Below are positions 1-9,797 of a stretch of DNA of 64,000 nt, piece after piece. The stretch covers positions 71,914-135,913 of the forward strand of contig CAWGFA010000007.1 in assembly GCA_963821725.1 (NCBI GenBank). Reading direction: 5' to 3'. The notes below the pieces were generated by a model. It saw nothing but the letters and a program-made list of their open reading frames with translations. It made no database searches and had not been told where the DNA came from. The stretch's first letter is position 1; every line of letters begins with the position of its first letter. The position numbers and the translations under genes are program-made. The stretch comes from an uncultured Acidimicrobiia bacterium (lineage in GTDB: Bacteria; Actinomycetota; Acidimicrobiia; Acidimicrobiales; JACDCH01).

Positions 1-507
1 GGCCGTCGCCGCGTCGATCACGTCACCGGTGAAGAGAAGCTCGGCGGCCCGCTCGCGTCCGACGGCGTTCGCGAGACGAGCGATGCCGGCAACATCCGTG
101 CACAGGCCGCGCAGGACGAAGAGCTCGCCGAACTTCGCCCGCTCCGACGCCACACGGATGTCGGCCATGAGCGCGAGCTCCATGCCCCAACCGACCGCCG
201 CCCCGTTGACGGCCGCGACCACCGGCACGTCCGTGTTGAGCAGCGCGTCCGCCGCCGGCGTGAGCCGCGGCACGACCTCCACGGTGCGGTCCTTGTCGCC
301 CCCACCCATGATCTGGCGCACGTCGTCGCCGGAGCAGAAGGCCGGATCCGCGCCGGTGATCACCAGACACCGGCTCGCAGTGGCTCGTATCGCGCGTTCG
401 AGCTCGTCGTAGGTCTTGAACCTCAAGGCGTTGCGCACGTCGGGTCGATTGAGCGTGATCAGCTCGACGTCGCCGTACCGAGTCACCTCGATGTCCTCGT
501 ACGTCAT
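1..507 (-). CDS. enoyl-CoA hydratase/isomerase family protein (3' part outside window)
   Basis: Manual translation from ATG at 507: MTYEDIEVTRYGDVELITLNRPDVRNAL...LVITGADPAFCSGDD...VPVVAAVNGAAVGWGMELALMADIRVASERAKFGELF, which are crotonase motifs. GGAG RBS upstream. Confidence 0.9.
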   Translation of the reverse strand, partial: MTYEDIEVTRYGDVELITLNRPDVRNALRFKTYDELERAIRATASRCLVITGADPAFCSGDDVRQIMGGGDKDRTVEVVPRLTPAADALLNTDVPVVAAVNGAAVGWGMELALMADIRVASERAKFGELFVLRGLCTDVAGIARLANAVGRERAAELLFTGDVIDAATA

Positions 508-542
508 GGACTCCTCCCCTTCTCCGCCAGCGAACTCCGGGT

Positions 543-570
543 CGATTGTGGGGCCATGGCCCCACAATCG
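543..570. repeat. perfect 28-bp palindrome in divergent intergenic region
   Basis: CGATTGTGGGGCCA|TGGCCCCACAATCG. Confidence 0.85.
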
Positions 571-602
571 CACCAACATTCGCAACAACTAGCGTCGCAT
601 GC

Positions 603-977
603 ATGCCTGACGCCATCGACCTCGTCCACGCGTTCTGCGAAGTCTGGAGCACAGGCGACCTCGACGCCATCGTCGACTTCTTCGCCGACGACGCCGTGTA
701 CCACAACATCCCCGTGGACCCGGTCACGGGTCGGGACGCGATCCGGGCGACCATCGAGGGCTTCACCGCAGGTGTCGACTCGATCGAGTTCCGAGTGGGC
801 AACATCGCCGCGTCGGGGGCCGTCGTCCTGACCGAGCGGGTCGACGTGTTCACGTTTCCCACAGCCACGATCGAGTTGCCCGTGATGGGGACGTTCGAGG
901 TGTCCGGAGACAAGATCACGGCGTGGCGCGACTACTTCGATCTGAACCAGTTCATGTCGCAGATCCCGCAGGGCTGA
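603..977 (+). CDS. limonene-1,2-epoxide hydrolase / SnoaL-like (NTF2 fold) protein
   Basis: DDAVYHNIP...VLTERVDVF...LPVMGTFEV..DKITAWRDYFD motifs. Confidence 0.9.
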   Translation: MPDAIDLVHAFCEVWSTGDLDAIVDFFADDAVYHNIPVDPVTGRDAIRATIEGFTAGVDSIEFRVGNIAASGAVVLTERVDVFTFPTATIELPVMGTFEVSGDKITAWRDYFDLNQFMSQIPQG

Positions 978-1564
978 CGTCGACGACGTATCCGGCGCGC
1001 AGGACGTCGACATTGCTGGCCGGCGTGATGACGATCGCCGTTCCCGTCGTTGGGCGGTGCACAGGCGCGCGGTAGCCGGTCGCGGGTGCCCAGTGGCGCA
1101 ACTCGTCGCCCGTGACGAGCGCAGGCGAGCCGTCGACATCGACGAACGTCCCGTTCGGCAGATCGTGCCAGGGCCTCTCGTGCAACCGCTTCGTCGCGCC
1201 CTGCGAGGCGATCATCGTGCAGCCGCGCGTCCATGTCGTCGGCCGACAGCCGTTTGCCGGACGCGGACTCCCACGCGTCCCGGTAGCGCTCGTAGTCCGC
1301 GTGGCGGCATTCCGCACACGGCCGGTGACCGGCGGCAAAGGCAACGGCCTCGTCGTAGAAGAACAGCGCCGTGTAGCGCCCTGGCTCCCACCGCGGCGCC
1401 CGCCGCCCGCGGAACTCGAGTACGCACGTGATCCAGCGCTTGCCGTTCCAGGGGCGCACGATGTCGTGGCCCCGGTGCAGGCAGCCGCGGTTGCCCATGA
1501 ACATGCCCCGCTCGTTTGCCACGATGATCTCCCCGTACGGCGTGACACGATTGCGCTCTGGCAT
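952..1564 (-). CDS. conserved hypothetical protein with Ada-like Zn-binding motif (frameshift near 1200)
   Basis: NRVTPYG..MGNRGCLH..WITCVLEF..FFYDEAVAFAAGHRPCAECR. C-terminus continues in ORF 952..1548 (DLPNGTFV...VITPASNVDVLRAGY). Confidence 0.75.
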
Positions 1565-1587
1565 GGTTCTCCTCAGGAGGCGCGCTG

Positions 1588-2121
1588 ATGTTCGATGTCG
1601 ACGAGTTGATCAAAGAGTGCGAGCGAGCCGTTCAGGAGAACGATTCGAGGCGCGCCATACGTGAGGTGCTCGATCGCACGGTCGCGGACCATTCCGCCGT
1701 TGCCGGCGCGCTCGAACACGACCGTGCAGGGCTCAACCTGCTCCATCGATCGGACACGCTGACGATCCTCAATGTCGTCTGGGCGCCCGGAATGGTCTTG
1801 CAGCCGCACGAGCACCGGATGTGGGCCGCCATCGGCATCTACGCGGGTCAGGAGGACAATGCGTTCTTCCGACGCGACGGGATCACCATCACTCGTTCGG
1901 GCGGCAAGGACCTCCACGAGACCGATGTCCTCATGCTCGGGGACGAGGCCATCCACTCGGTGACCAACCCTCGGCGGTCGCACACCGGCGCGATCCACGT
2001 CTACGGCGGCGACTTCGTGTCGACGCCCCGCAGTGAGTGGGATCCGGTCACGTTGACCGAGCAGCCCTACGACTACGAGCGGATCCTGAAGCAGTTCGAG
2101 GAGGCGAATCGATCGCTTTGA
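1588..2121 (+). CDS. cupin / cysteine-dioxygenase-like metal-binding protein
   Basis: PHEHRMWAAIGIYAGQEDN...IHSVTNP...GAIHVYGGDF. GGAGG RBS. Confidence 0.85.
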   Translation: MFDVDELIKECERAVQENDSRRAIREVLDRTVADHSAVAGALEHDRAGLNLLHRSDTLTILNVVWAPGMVLQPHEHRMWAAIGIYAGQEDNAFFRRDGITITRSGGKDLHETDVLMLGDEAIHSVTNPRRSHTGAIHVYGGDFVSTPRSEWDPVTLTEQPYDYERILKQFEEANRSL

Positions 2122-3337
2122 TCAGCACGTCGAGGCCGTGATCCCACTCCGTCGGTGAGATGGTGAGCGCGGGGGCGAGCCGCAACGTGTCGTCGACCGG
2201 GCCGCACGTGAGCACCAGGACGCCAGCGTCGAAGCAGCGCCGTTGCACTTCGAGCGCCGAGGCGCCGTCGGCGAGTTGTACGCCGATCATGAGGCCGACG
2301 CCCCTGACTTCGACGGAGCGAAGCTGCGACAGTCGGCCGAGCGCGTGCGCGCCCAGTATTCGCGCGCGCTCGTAACAGCCTTCGCGCTCGAGCACGTCGA
2401 GGGTCGCGAGTGCAGCTGCACACGCGACGGGATTGCCGCCGAAGGTCGAACCGTGCGCGCCGCGCGGCCACGCTTCCATGACCGTGCGCGGCGCGATGAT
2501 GCCGCCGAGCGGCAAGCCGCTGGCCACGCCCTTCGCGAAGAGGATCACGTCGGGGGTGACGCCGAAGGTTTCCGCCGCGAAGGGATGACCGGTGCGTCCG
2601 ATGCCGCTCTGCACTTCGTCGAACACGAGCAGCGCGCCCACCTCGGTGCAGCGATCGCGAACACCGCGCAACCACTCGACCGGCGGGACGACGTAGCCGC
2701 CTTCGCCGAGCACCGGCTCGACGATGACCGCGCCGACTGACGACGTCAGCACGTCGTCGAGTCGAGTCAACGCTCGGTCGACGTGCGAAGCGTCGCGGCA
2801 GTACGGCGCATGCTCGACGCCCGGCAACAACGGCTCGTAGCCGTCGCGGTACGCCGGCTTCGTGGTGGTCAGTGTGGTCGCGGCCAGCGTGCGCCCGTGG
2901 AACCCACCTTCGAAGGCCACGAGGCCGGGCCGGCCGGTGACCTTGCGCGCCAGCTTCACGGCGCCGTCGACCGCCTCGGCCCCGGAGTTGCAGAAGAAGA
3001 CCTGCGGCCTCTCGAAGAACGGGCAGAGCGCGCCGAGGCGCTCCGCGAGCTCGATCTGGCGCTCGTGGCGTGTCACCACCGACGTGTGCACCAACAGGCG
3101 CGCCTGCGCTTCGATCGCCGCCACCACGCGCGGATGACAATGTCCCGTACTCGTCACGGCGATGCCTGATCCGAGATCGAGGAACCGTCGCCCGTCGACG
3201 TCGATCAGCCACGACCCCTCGCCCCGGTGCGCGACGACCTCGAAGTACGCGGGAAGTACCGGCGCGACGACGTCGTCGTAGCGAGCGAGCCACGCCGCCG
3301 TGGCGTCTTCCGCAACGCGAGATCGGACCTCGGTCAT
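2048..3337 (-). CDS. class III PLP aminotransferase (4-aminobutyrate aminotransferase-like)
   Basis: NSGAEAVD, GGFHGRT, EPVLGEGG, FDEVQSGIGRTG, AKG(K), HGSTFGGNP. Confidence 0.92.
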   Translation of the reverse strand: MTEVRSRVAEDATAAWLARYDDVVAPVLPAYFEVVAHRGEGSWLIDVDGRRFLDLGSGIAVTSTGHCHPRVVAAIEAQARLLVHTSVVTRHERQIELAERLGALCPFFERPQVFFCNSGAEAVDGAVKLARKVTGRPGLVAFEGGFHGRTLAATTLTTTKPAYRDGYEPLLPGVEHAPYCRDASHVDRALTRLDDVLTSSVGAVIVEPVLGEGGYVVPPVEWLRGVRDRCTEVGALLVFDEVQSGIGRTGHPFAAETFGVTPDVILFAKGVASGLPLGGIIAPRTVMEAWPRGAHGSTFGGNPVACAAALATLDVLEREGCYERARILGAHALGRLSQLRSVEVRGVGLMIGVQLADGASALEVQRRCFDAGVLVLTCGPVDDTLRLAPALTISPTEWDHGLDVLIKAIDSPPRTASGSARSRRAARST

Positions 3338-4785
3338 GACTCCTCGAGTGGATGCGTGTCGATCTGGGCCTTCTGCAACCGGCCGGAGTGATCGACGTAG
3401 ACGGTCTTGATCTGGCTGAACTGTTCGATGCCGCGCGTGCCGGCCTCGCGGAAGCCGTTTCCTGTCCGCTTCGTGCCGCCGAACGGCAGCGGGATCTCCG
3501 CACCGATGGTCGGCGCGTTCACGTACACGATCCCGGCGTCGATGCGATCGACCGCGTGCAACGCATCGTTGATGTTCGACGTGTAGACGGCGGCGGACAG
3601 CCCGTATTCGACGCTGTTCACGACGCTGATGGCTTCTTCGAGCGGCTCGACCTCGAGCACGGCGAGCACGGGTCCGAAGACCTCCTCGGTCGCGATGCGG
3701 TGGTCCGGCTTGACGCCCGTGATCACGGTCGGCTCGACGAAAGTGCCGCCGTCACAACCGGCGACGTCGCTCCGCGCTCGCCCTCCGCACGCGACCTCGC
3801 CGCCTTGCTCGCGGGCAGCGTCGATCATGCCGACGATTCGTGTCGCCGCATCGGCCGTGATCACGGGACCGACGTCCGTGTCCGGATCGACCGGGTCCCC
3901 GAGACGCAGCTCCTGTGCTCGTTGGACGATGCGCGTCACCAGAGCGTTGGCGATGCTCGGATGTGCGATGACACGCGATGTCGAGGTGCACCTCTGTCCC
4001 GCGGTGCCGAACGCGCCGAAGATGACGCCGTCGACGACGAGGTCGAGGTCGGCGTCGGGTCGAACGATCATGGCGTTCTTGCCGCCGAGCTCGAGTGACA
4101 CCAGCTTGGGTCCTGCTTCCATCGCACGCGCCGCGACTGCCCGCCCGGCCGGTACCGAGCCCGTGAAGCTCACCGCGCCGACCCCCGGGTGCACGGCGAG
4201 CGCGGCCGCGGGTTCGGCGAAGCCGTGCACGACCTGCACGAGCCCGTCCGGCACTCCGGCGTCGATGCACGCCGCGACGAAGGCCTCGCAACACGCCGGA
4301 GCGTGCTCGGACGGCTTGATCACGATGCCATTGCCGGCGAGCAGTGCCGGAAAGACCTTCCACGAAGGGATGGCGACGGGAAAGTTCCACGGGGTGATCA
4401 GCCCGACCACGCCGACGGGCTGCCGTGTCGTCCACGCCAGCTTGTCCGCGAGCTCGGACGGAACCGTCTCGCCCCACGCCGAGCGCCCTTGACCGGCGAC
4501 GAACGCTGCCATGTCGACCGCCTCCTGGACGTCGCCTGCCGCCTCGACGAGAACCTTGCCCGCCTCCCGCGCGACGAGCCGCGCCAGTTCCGTCTTGCGG
4601 CTCGCGAGCAACGCGCCGGCCTGCGCGATCACGTCGGCCCTCCCCGGAGCAGGGACGCGCGCCCACCGCGATTGCGCAACCGCCGCTGCCGCGACCGCTC
4701 GATCGACGTCGCCGGCGGTCGCTGTGTCGAACGTGCCGATCACCTCGGCGGGTCTGGCCGGGTTGGTGGACAGGAACGACGTCAT
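3334..4785 (-). CDS. aldehyde dehydrogenase
   Basis: ITPWNFP, FTGS, LELGGKN, GQRCTS, EEVFGP, PFGG. Stop overlaps the aminotransferase start (ATGA). Confidence 0.93.
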   Translation of the reverse strand: MTSFLSTNPARPAEVIGTFDTATAGDVDRAVAAAAVAQSRWARVPAPGRADVIAQAGALLASRKTELARLVAREAGKVLVEAAGDVQEAVDMAAFVAGQGRSAWGETVPSELADKLAWTTRQPVGVVGLITPWNFPVAIPSWKVFPALLAGNGIVIKPSEHAPACCEAFVAACIDAGVPDGLVQVVHGFAEPAAALAVHPGVGAVSFTGSVPAGRAVAARAMEAGPKLVSLELGGKNAMIVRPDADLDLVVDGVIFGAFGTAGQRCTSTSRVIAHPSIANALVTRIVQRAQELRLGDPVDPDTDVGPVITADAATRIVGMIDAAREQGGEVACGGRARSDVAGCDGGTFVEPTVITGVKPDHRIATEEVFGPVLAVLEVEPLEEAISVVNSVEYGLSAAVYTSNINDALHAVDRIDAGIVYVNAPTIGAEIPLPFGGTKRTGNGFREAGTRGIEQFSQIKTVYVDHSGRLQKAQIDTHPLEES

Positions 4786-4871
4786 GTGGCTCTCCGGTGC
4801 TCTTGTTCCAATCTCAACGAGATCCGGAACATCCATTCCAACGCGATGCGCACAGGATACGTTGTCCCGCC

Positions 4872-5721
4872 ATGTCCGTGCGCGACCGGCTCCAAGAGCG
4901 ACGCGACGCACTGTCGCCGTCCGAGCGTCGCGTCGCCGCGGTCGTGCTCGACGATCCTGAAACGATCGCGTTCGGTACGGTCGCCGAGGTGGCGCGACGC
5001 GCCGGCACGGGCGGCGGCACCGTCGTTCGTCTCGCCGAACGGCTCGGCTACCACGGATACAGCGGTCTGCAAGGCGCCGTCCGGGACGACCTCGCGGGAC
5101 AACTGAGGCTGGCCAGCGAACGCATCCGCCGACCTGCCGCGCACGACGATCTCGCGTCGCGAACGATGACCGTCGAGGCCGACAACCTCGTGACGACGTT
5201 CGACCAACTCGACCGCGCCGCGTTGCGTCGAGCAGTCGCCGCCGTCGCCCGCCGCCGCAGCGCGCGTCATCGTGTTGCCGGGCGGCGCCTCGGTGGGAGT
5301 GTCGCGACAACTGTCCGACGAGCTGTCGATGCTTCGTCCGGGCGTACGGCTGGTGTCGGGCTCGCCCGTCGAGGTGGCAGCACGAACCGCTGATCTCGGC
5401 GACAACGACGTCGTCGTCGCCATCGACCTCCGGCGCTACGACGGAGCGCTGATCGACGCGACCGCCGCCGCGGTCGATGCCGGTGCGACCGTCGTCGCCG
5501 TCACGGACAGCGTCCTCTCGCCACTTGCCGCTCTCGCTGATGCGACGCTCGTCGCCGCCGTCGAGGGAGCGGGTCCGTTCGACAGCCATCTCGGTGTCCT
5601 CGCCATCGGTAACGCGCTCGTGGCGGGCGTCGCGACCCGCCTTCGTCGCTCGGCCACGGCTCGCATCGACGCCGTCGAGGACGCCTGGCACGCGGTCGGT
5701 GCCGTGGTCGACGGTCCGTAG
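4872..5721 (+). CDS. MurR/RpiR family transcriptional regulator (frameshift near 5255)
   Basis: N-terminal HTH LSPSERRVA...TVAEVARRAG..TVVRLAERLGY.GY. C-terminal SIS domain VVAVTDSVLSPLAALAD in a second frame. Confidence 0.85.
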
Positions 5722-5727
5722 TGACGA

Positions 5728-5802
5728 CCCCCATCCCGTTCTGGCGTGCATAGGCCACACGACGTGTGGGCAATGCACGCCGAAACGCCGCGGGAGGTGG
5801 GG
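5728..5802. repeat. long imperfect palindrome (REP-like hairpin)
   Basis: GGCGTGCAT-AGG-CCACAC-GAC-GTGTGG-GCA-ATGCACGCC with outer CCCCATCCCG/CGGGAGGTGGGG arms. Confidence 0.7.
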
Positions 5803-5849
5803 ATCGGGCTCGAGGTCGGACGGGATACCGCGCCTAACGTTGCGACCCG

Positions 5850-7503
5850 GTGAGTGTGCGCGGTCGCGACGTCATGCTCGAGGTGCTGCGGACCGAGGGC
5901 GTTCGCCACATCTTCGGCAATCCCGGGAGCACCGAGCTCCCGCTCATCGACGCGCTCGCGTCCGCCGACGACCTCCACTACGTGCTGGCGCTGCAGGAAG
6001 CGACTGCAGTCGGCATGGCCGACGGCTACGCGCAAGCGACCGGCCGTCCGGCGTTCCTCAACCTGCACACGTCGGCCGGTCTCGGCAATGCGATCGGCAA
6101 CCTCACCAACGCCCGCGCCTGCTCGACGCCGTTGGTCGTGACCGCGGGCCAGCAGGACTACCGGCACATCGTCACCGACCCACTTCTCGCCGGCGACCTC
6201 ACCGGGATCGCACACGCAGTGTCGAAGTGGTCGCACGAGGTCCGCACGACCGACGAGCTCGGGACCGTCTTGCGACGCGCCTTCCACGACGCGATGAGTC
6301 CGCCGGCCGGCCCGGTCTTCGTGTCCATTCCGATGGACCTGCTCGACGGATCGACGGATGCGCCTGTGCCGGCGCCGTCGACATTCCACCGCCGCCCGAT
6401 CGCCGACGGACTGGACGAGCTCGCGTCACTGCTCACATCGGTGCCCGTGGGTCACGTCGCGATCGTCGTCGGCGACGAGGTCGCGCAAGCTGATGCGGTC
6501 TCCGAAGCAGAGGCCGTCGCCGAGGCACTCGGCGCGCCCGTCTACGGATCCCCGCTGCACGGCAACGCCGTCTTTCCCCCGACTCATCCGCTGTGGAGCG
6601 GCATGCTGGCGCCCGCCGCCGCCATGATCCACGCCGCGCTGTCGGCGTACGAGCGGGTGCTCCTCGTCGGCGGAAGGGCGTTCATGGCGTACCCCTACAC
6701 GCCCGGTCCTGCGCTCCCTGAGTCCACCGAGCTGCTCCACCTTGCGCCTGACCCCTACCGACTCGGTCGCGTCTATTCCGTCGCGTTGGGCTGCTGCCGG
6801 CGATCCGAAGGCGTCGCTCGCCGCGCTGCTACCGATGATCAGCGAGCGCACCGACCGTCCCGCCGCGCGTGAGGCGATCGAGGCGGCGGCGAGCCGTCGA
6901 CAGGCGGCGATCGACGATCTCGAGACGGCCGCGTTGTCCCGGTACGGCAGCTCGCCGATGGACCCGATGGCGGCCGCTCACGCGCTCGTCCGCGCGATGC
7001 CCCCAGGCTCACTGGTCGTCGACGAGGCCATCACCACCGGCGTGTACGTGCGCGGCTTCCATCACCAATCGGTCCCGGGCCGTTACTTCTTCTGTCCCGG
7101 TGGCGGCTTGGGGTGGGGGATGCCGGCCGCCTGTGGCGTGTCGCTCGGTCACGACCGCGAACCGGTGTTGTGCGTCGTCGGCGACGGGTCGGCCATGTAC
7201 TCACCCCAAGCGCTGTGGACCGCAGCACACGAGCGACTCCCGGTCGTCTTCGCCGTCGTCAACAATCGCGAGTACCGCATCCTGAAGAACAACCTGCGCG
7301 GCATGAGCGGCGACAGCGTGCGCAACGATCGCTTCGTTGCCATGGACATCGACGATCCACCTGTCGACTACGTCTCGCTGGCGGAATCGATGGGCGTCGA
7401 CGCAACCCTCGTCGAGAAGGCGACCGACGTCGGCGACGCGGTGCGCCGTGCCCTCGACGACGGCCGCACTCACCTGCTCGAACTACCGATCGCCGCCGAC
7501 TGA
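5850..7503 (+). CDS. thiamine-diphosphate-dependent enzyme, benzoylformate decarboxylase-like (frameshift near 6790)
   Basis: FGNPGSTELP, LQEATAVGMADGYAQ, NLHTSAGLGN, GGGLGWGMP, ThDP motif GDGSAMY...VNNREY. Confidence 0.9.
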
Positions 7504-7631
7504 GTCCGAGCGTCTCAGGTCGTCCCGTCGGGTGGGGCCGAGGTTCGCGGCGTCAAGTCACCTTCCTTGATCACGGGCCGGGCCGTCTCGAGCAGTGCGA
7601 GGTTGGGGGGGTTTGCCCGAGACGGCCCAGA

Positions 7632-8240
7632 TCACTCGCTGACCGCGAGCAGGTCCCATTCGCCGAGAAGGTCGTCGAGCCGGTAGGTGCCCGCGTCCTC
7701 GAACACGAGCCCCGACTCGACGATGAGGTCCGCGAGCGCTCGGGAAACGAGCACGCGACCCGAACTCGCGACACCGCAGATCCGGCTGGCCACGTGCGCG
7801 ATGACTTCGGTGATGTCCGCATCGCGCATGCTTCCCTCGCCGGCGTGCAATCCGGCGCGGAGGTCGACGCCGACCTGGTGCAGGTCCCGCCTGATCGCCA
7901 GCGCGCACCGGATCGCGCTGTAGGCACCGGAGAATCGAACGAACGCGCCCGCGCCGCCCACCCCGAGCGATCCGTCGTATCGAGCCGCTTGACGACCCAC
8001 GATGCAGCTGGACTCCGCGAGGAGATCCGGCCACAGGCGCTCGTCGATGGGAGGAAACGCCGCGGTCGAGCGGGCGAAGCCGGTGAACAGCACTGCGGCC
8101 AGAAATCGCTCGGTCGGGTCAGGTTGCTCGCTGAGAGTCAGGTCCAGATCTGCCCCCAGCTCCTCTGGAAGGGTGGCGACGCGCAAGGGCGCGGCACGAC
8201 GTCCCCGCCACCGCCCCGCCGTGCCGCTCGCCCTTGGCAT
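7632..8240 (-). CDS. degenerate class III adenylate/guanylate cyclase-domain protein (start uncertain)
   Basis: RFLAAVLFTG...AIRCALAI...LRAGLHAGE...AHVASRI...GRVLVSRALADL...W.L matches the LipJ-type cyclase layout. Metal-binding Asp residues are absent. Confidence 0.7.
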   Translation of the reverse strand: MPRASGTAGRWRGRRAAPLRVATLPEELGADLDLTLSEQPDPTERFLAAVLFTGFARSTAAFPPIDERLWPDLLAESSCIVGRQAARYDGSLGVGGAGAFVRFSGAYSAIRCALAIRRDLHQVGVDLRAGLHAGEGSMRDADITEVIAHVASRICGVASSGRVLVSRALADLIVESGLVFEDAGTYRLDDLLGEWDLLAVSE

Positions 8241-8319
8241 CGTCGCCTGTCCCTTTTCCCAGCCGCCGACCAACGAGACGGTACGGGAGGCGACTACCCG
8301 GTGGGATCCCCAAAGTGCG

Positions 8320-8630
8320 ACAGATTCGAGCTCCACGAATCCCGGGGGCGACAACCATCTCGCCGTTGGGAGCGACACCGAACTCGCGCCGCAGGGCGAT
8401 AGGTCCGCGTTGGACGGTTCGCGTCGAGCACCCGAATCGAGACGCGATGTCGCGGACCTTGTCGCCCCCAGCAAGTAGGGCGAGTAGCTCGACATCAGCG
8501 AAACCGAGCGTAGCAAGACGTTCGGTCACAATGCGGGCATTCCCCGTGCGAGCGAGCGCAGCGAGGCCACGAACGGCCGCAGCGACGCGACCTCGGCCAG
8601 GCCGTCGGCTGTGCCGGGGTCGCACCATTG
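8320..8630 (-). pseudogene. possible small LuxR-like HTH gene remnant
   Basis: ADVELLALLAGGDKVRDIASRFGCSTRTVQR...LRREFGV within ORF 8119..8871. Boundaries approximate. Confidence 0.4.
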
Positions 8631-8782
8631 GACCTCGTCGACACAGCGGCCCGTTCGATCGGAGCCACGCTCCGACCCGTAGGCATCCGCCACTCGCGTC
8701 CCGCCAGACGCCAACCTTTCTGCGGGCGATGCGCTGCTCTCCAGCAGTTCCTCCCCATCGAGAGCTCCCACAGGAGGACGAT

Positions 8783-9193
8783 GTGAGCACAGAAGTGACG
8801 ACGTACGAGGAAGACAAGGGCTTCGGTTGGCTCTTCTTTGCGGGCACCGTGCTCGGACTTGCCGGGCTCATGCGGATCGTCGATTCGATCTGGGCGTTTC
8901 GCTACAAGGGCGCGTTGCCAGACAATCTGCAGGACGGTGTCTTCGGGGACAACCTCAAGACGTACGGGTGGGTGTGGCTCATCATCGGCGTTCTGCTGAT
9001 CATCGCCAGCTTCATGCTCCTCACGAGGTCGCAGTTCGCTCGCTGGATCGGGCTGATCATGGCCGCGATCATGGCCGTCAGCGCGATGACGTGGATGCCG
9101 TACTACCCGATCTGGGCGCTCACGTACGTCGGGATCGCGGTGCTGGTGTTCTACGGTCTCGCTGCCCACGGTGGCCGCCTGTCCGACGCCTAG
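8783..9193 (+). CDS. small 4-TM membrane protein (DUF7144-like)
   Basis: GWLFFAGTVLGLAG...YGWVWLIIG...ARWIG...WMPYYPIWAL. GGAGG RBS before GTG. Confidence 0.85.
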   Translation: MSTEVTTYEEDKGFGWLFFAGTVLGLAGLMRIVDSIWAFRYKGALPDNLQDGVFGDNLKTYGWVWLIIGVLLIIASFMLLTRSQFARWIGLIMAAIMAVSAMTWMPYYPIWALTYVGIAVLVFYGLAAHGGRLSDA

Positions 9194-9196
9194 CCC

Positions 9197-9342
9197 GGGG
9201 CCTTCGCCCCCGCGGCGCCTTCGGCGCCTGCCCCATTGCCGCCCGGCTCGTTGGCGCTCGCTCGGTCGGCCTCTGCTCGGTCCCGACAGTTGTCGAAACA
9301 TCACGCCTCCTCGGGACCGAGCAGAGCTAGCAGAACGAGCGC
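9197..9342. repeat. multi-hairpin intergenic element
   Basis: GGGGC-CTTC-GCCCC, GGCGCC-TTC-GGCGCC, and a perfect 16-bp IR CTCTGCTCGGTCCCGA (9271-9286)/TCGGGACCGAGCAGAG (9311-9326). Confidence 0.75.
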
Positions 9343-9725
9343 GAACCCCCGCCTGGTTGCGGGGGTTCTTCGATCGGCGCGTCGATGTTGTACCCGAGCG
9401 CCAGCGCGAGCACGGGCGTCGCAGCGACGACCCGCGCGATGCCGACGCTGCGCGCAACTCCTCGGAGCATGCTGATCAGCTCGTCGGGTGTCGCCCCGGT
9501 TGCGACCGCACTCTGGACGCACCGCCGGAACGTGGACTCGCCGGCTCCGGAGGCGATCAAGGCGGCAACGCGCTCGATCGCGTCCGCTCGTTCACGATTC
9601 GATCCACAGGTCCAAGCCGTCGCCTTCGTGGCGATGTCGTCCTCGGCGCGGTCAGCCGTGAGGCGGAGTCTTCGTTGCGTCGCGCCGTCTTCGTGCACGT
9701 GTGGTCCTCGTCGTCGGTGGCGCAC
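9327..9725 (-). CDS. carboxymuconolactone decarboxylase (CMD/AhpD-like) family protein, N-terminus possibly frameshifted
   Basis: VAALIASGAGESTFRRCVQSAVATGATPDELISMLRGVARSVGIARVVAATPVLALALGY. Paralog of 12088..12459. Confidence 0.7.
   Translation of the reverse strand: MRHRRRGPHVHEDGATQRRLRLTADRAEDDIATKATAWTCGSNRERADAIERVAALIASGAGESTFRRCVQSAVATGATPDELISMLRGVARSVGIARVVAATPVLALALGYNIDAPIEEPPQPGGGSRSFC
9343..9371 (+). terminator. putative intrinsic terminator
   Basis: GAACCCCCGC-CTGGTT-GCGGGGGTTC 10-bp stem followed by TTC, at the convergent gene junction. Confidence 0.5.
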
Positions 9726-9768
9726 CCGCGCGCCGAAGATGCCATCGGACCTCTCACAGGATGAGCCT

Positions 9769-9788
9769 GCATCATCCCGATCGGATGA
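9769..9788. promoter_or_regulatory. palindromic operator TCATCC-N5-GGATGA (copy 1)
   Basis: GCATCATCCCGATCGGATGA, 19/20 identical to 12532-12551. Upstream of a CMD gene. Confidence 0.7.
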
Positions 9789-9797
9789 ACAGCCCGG

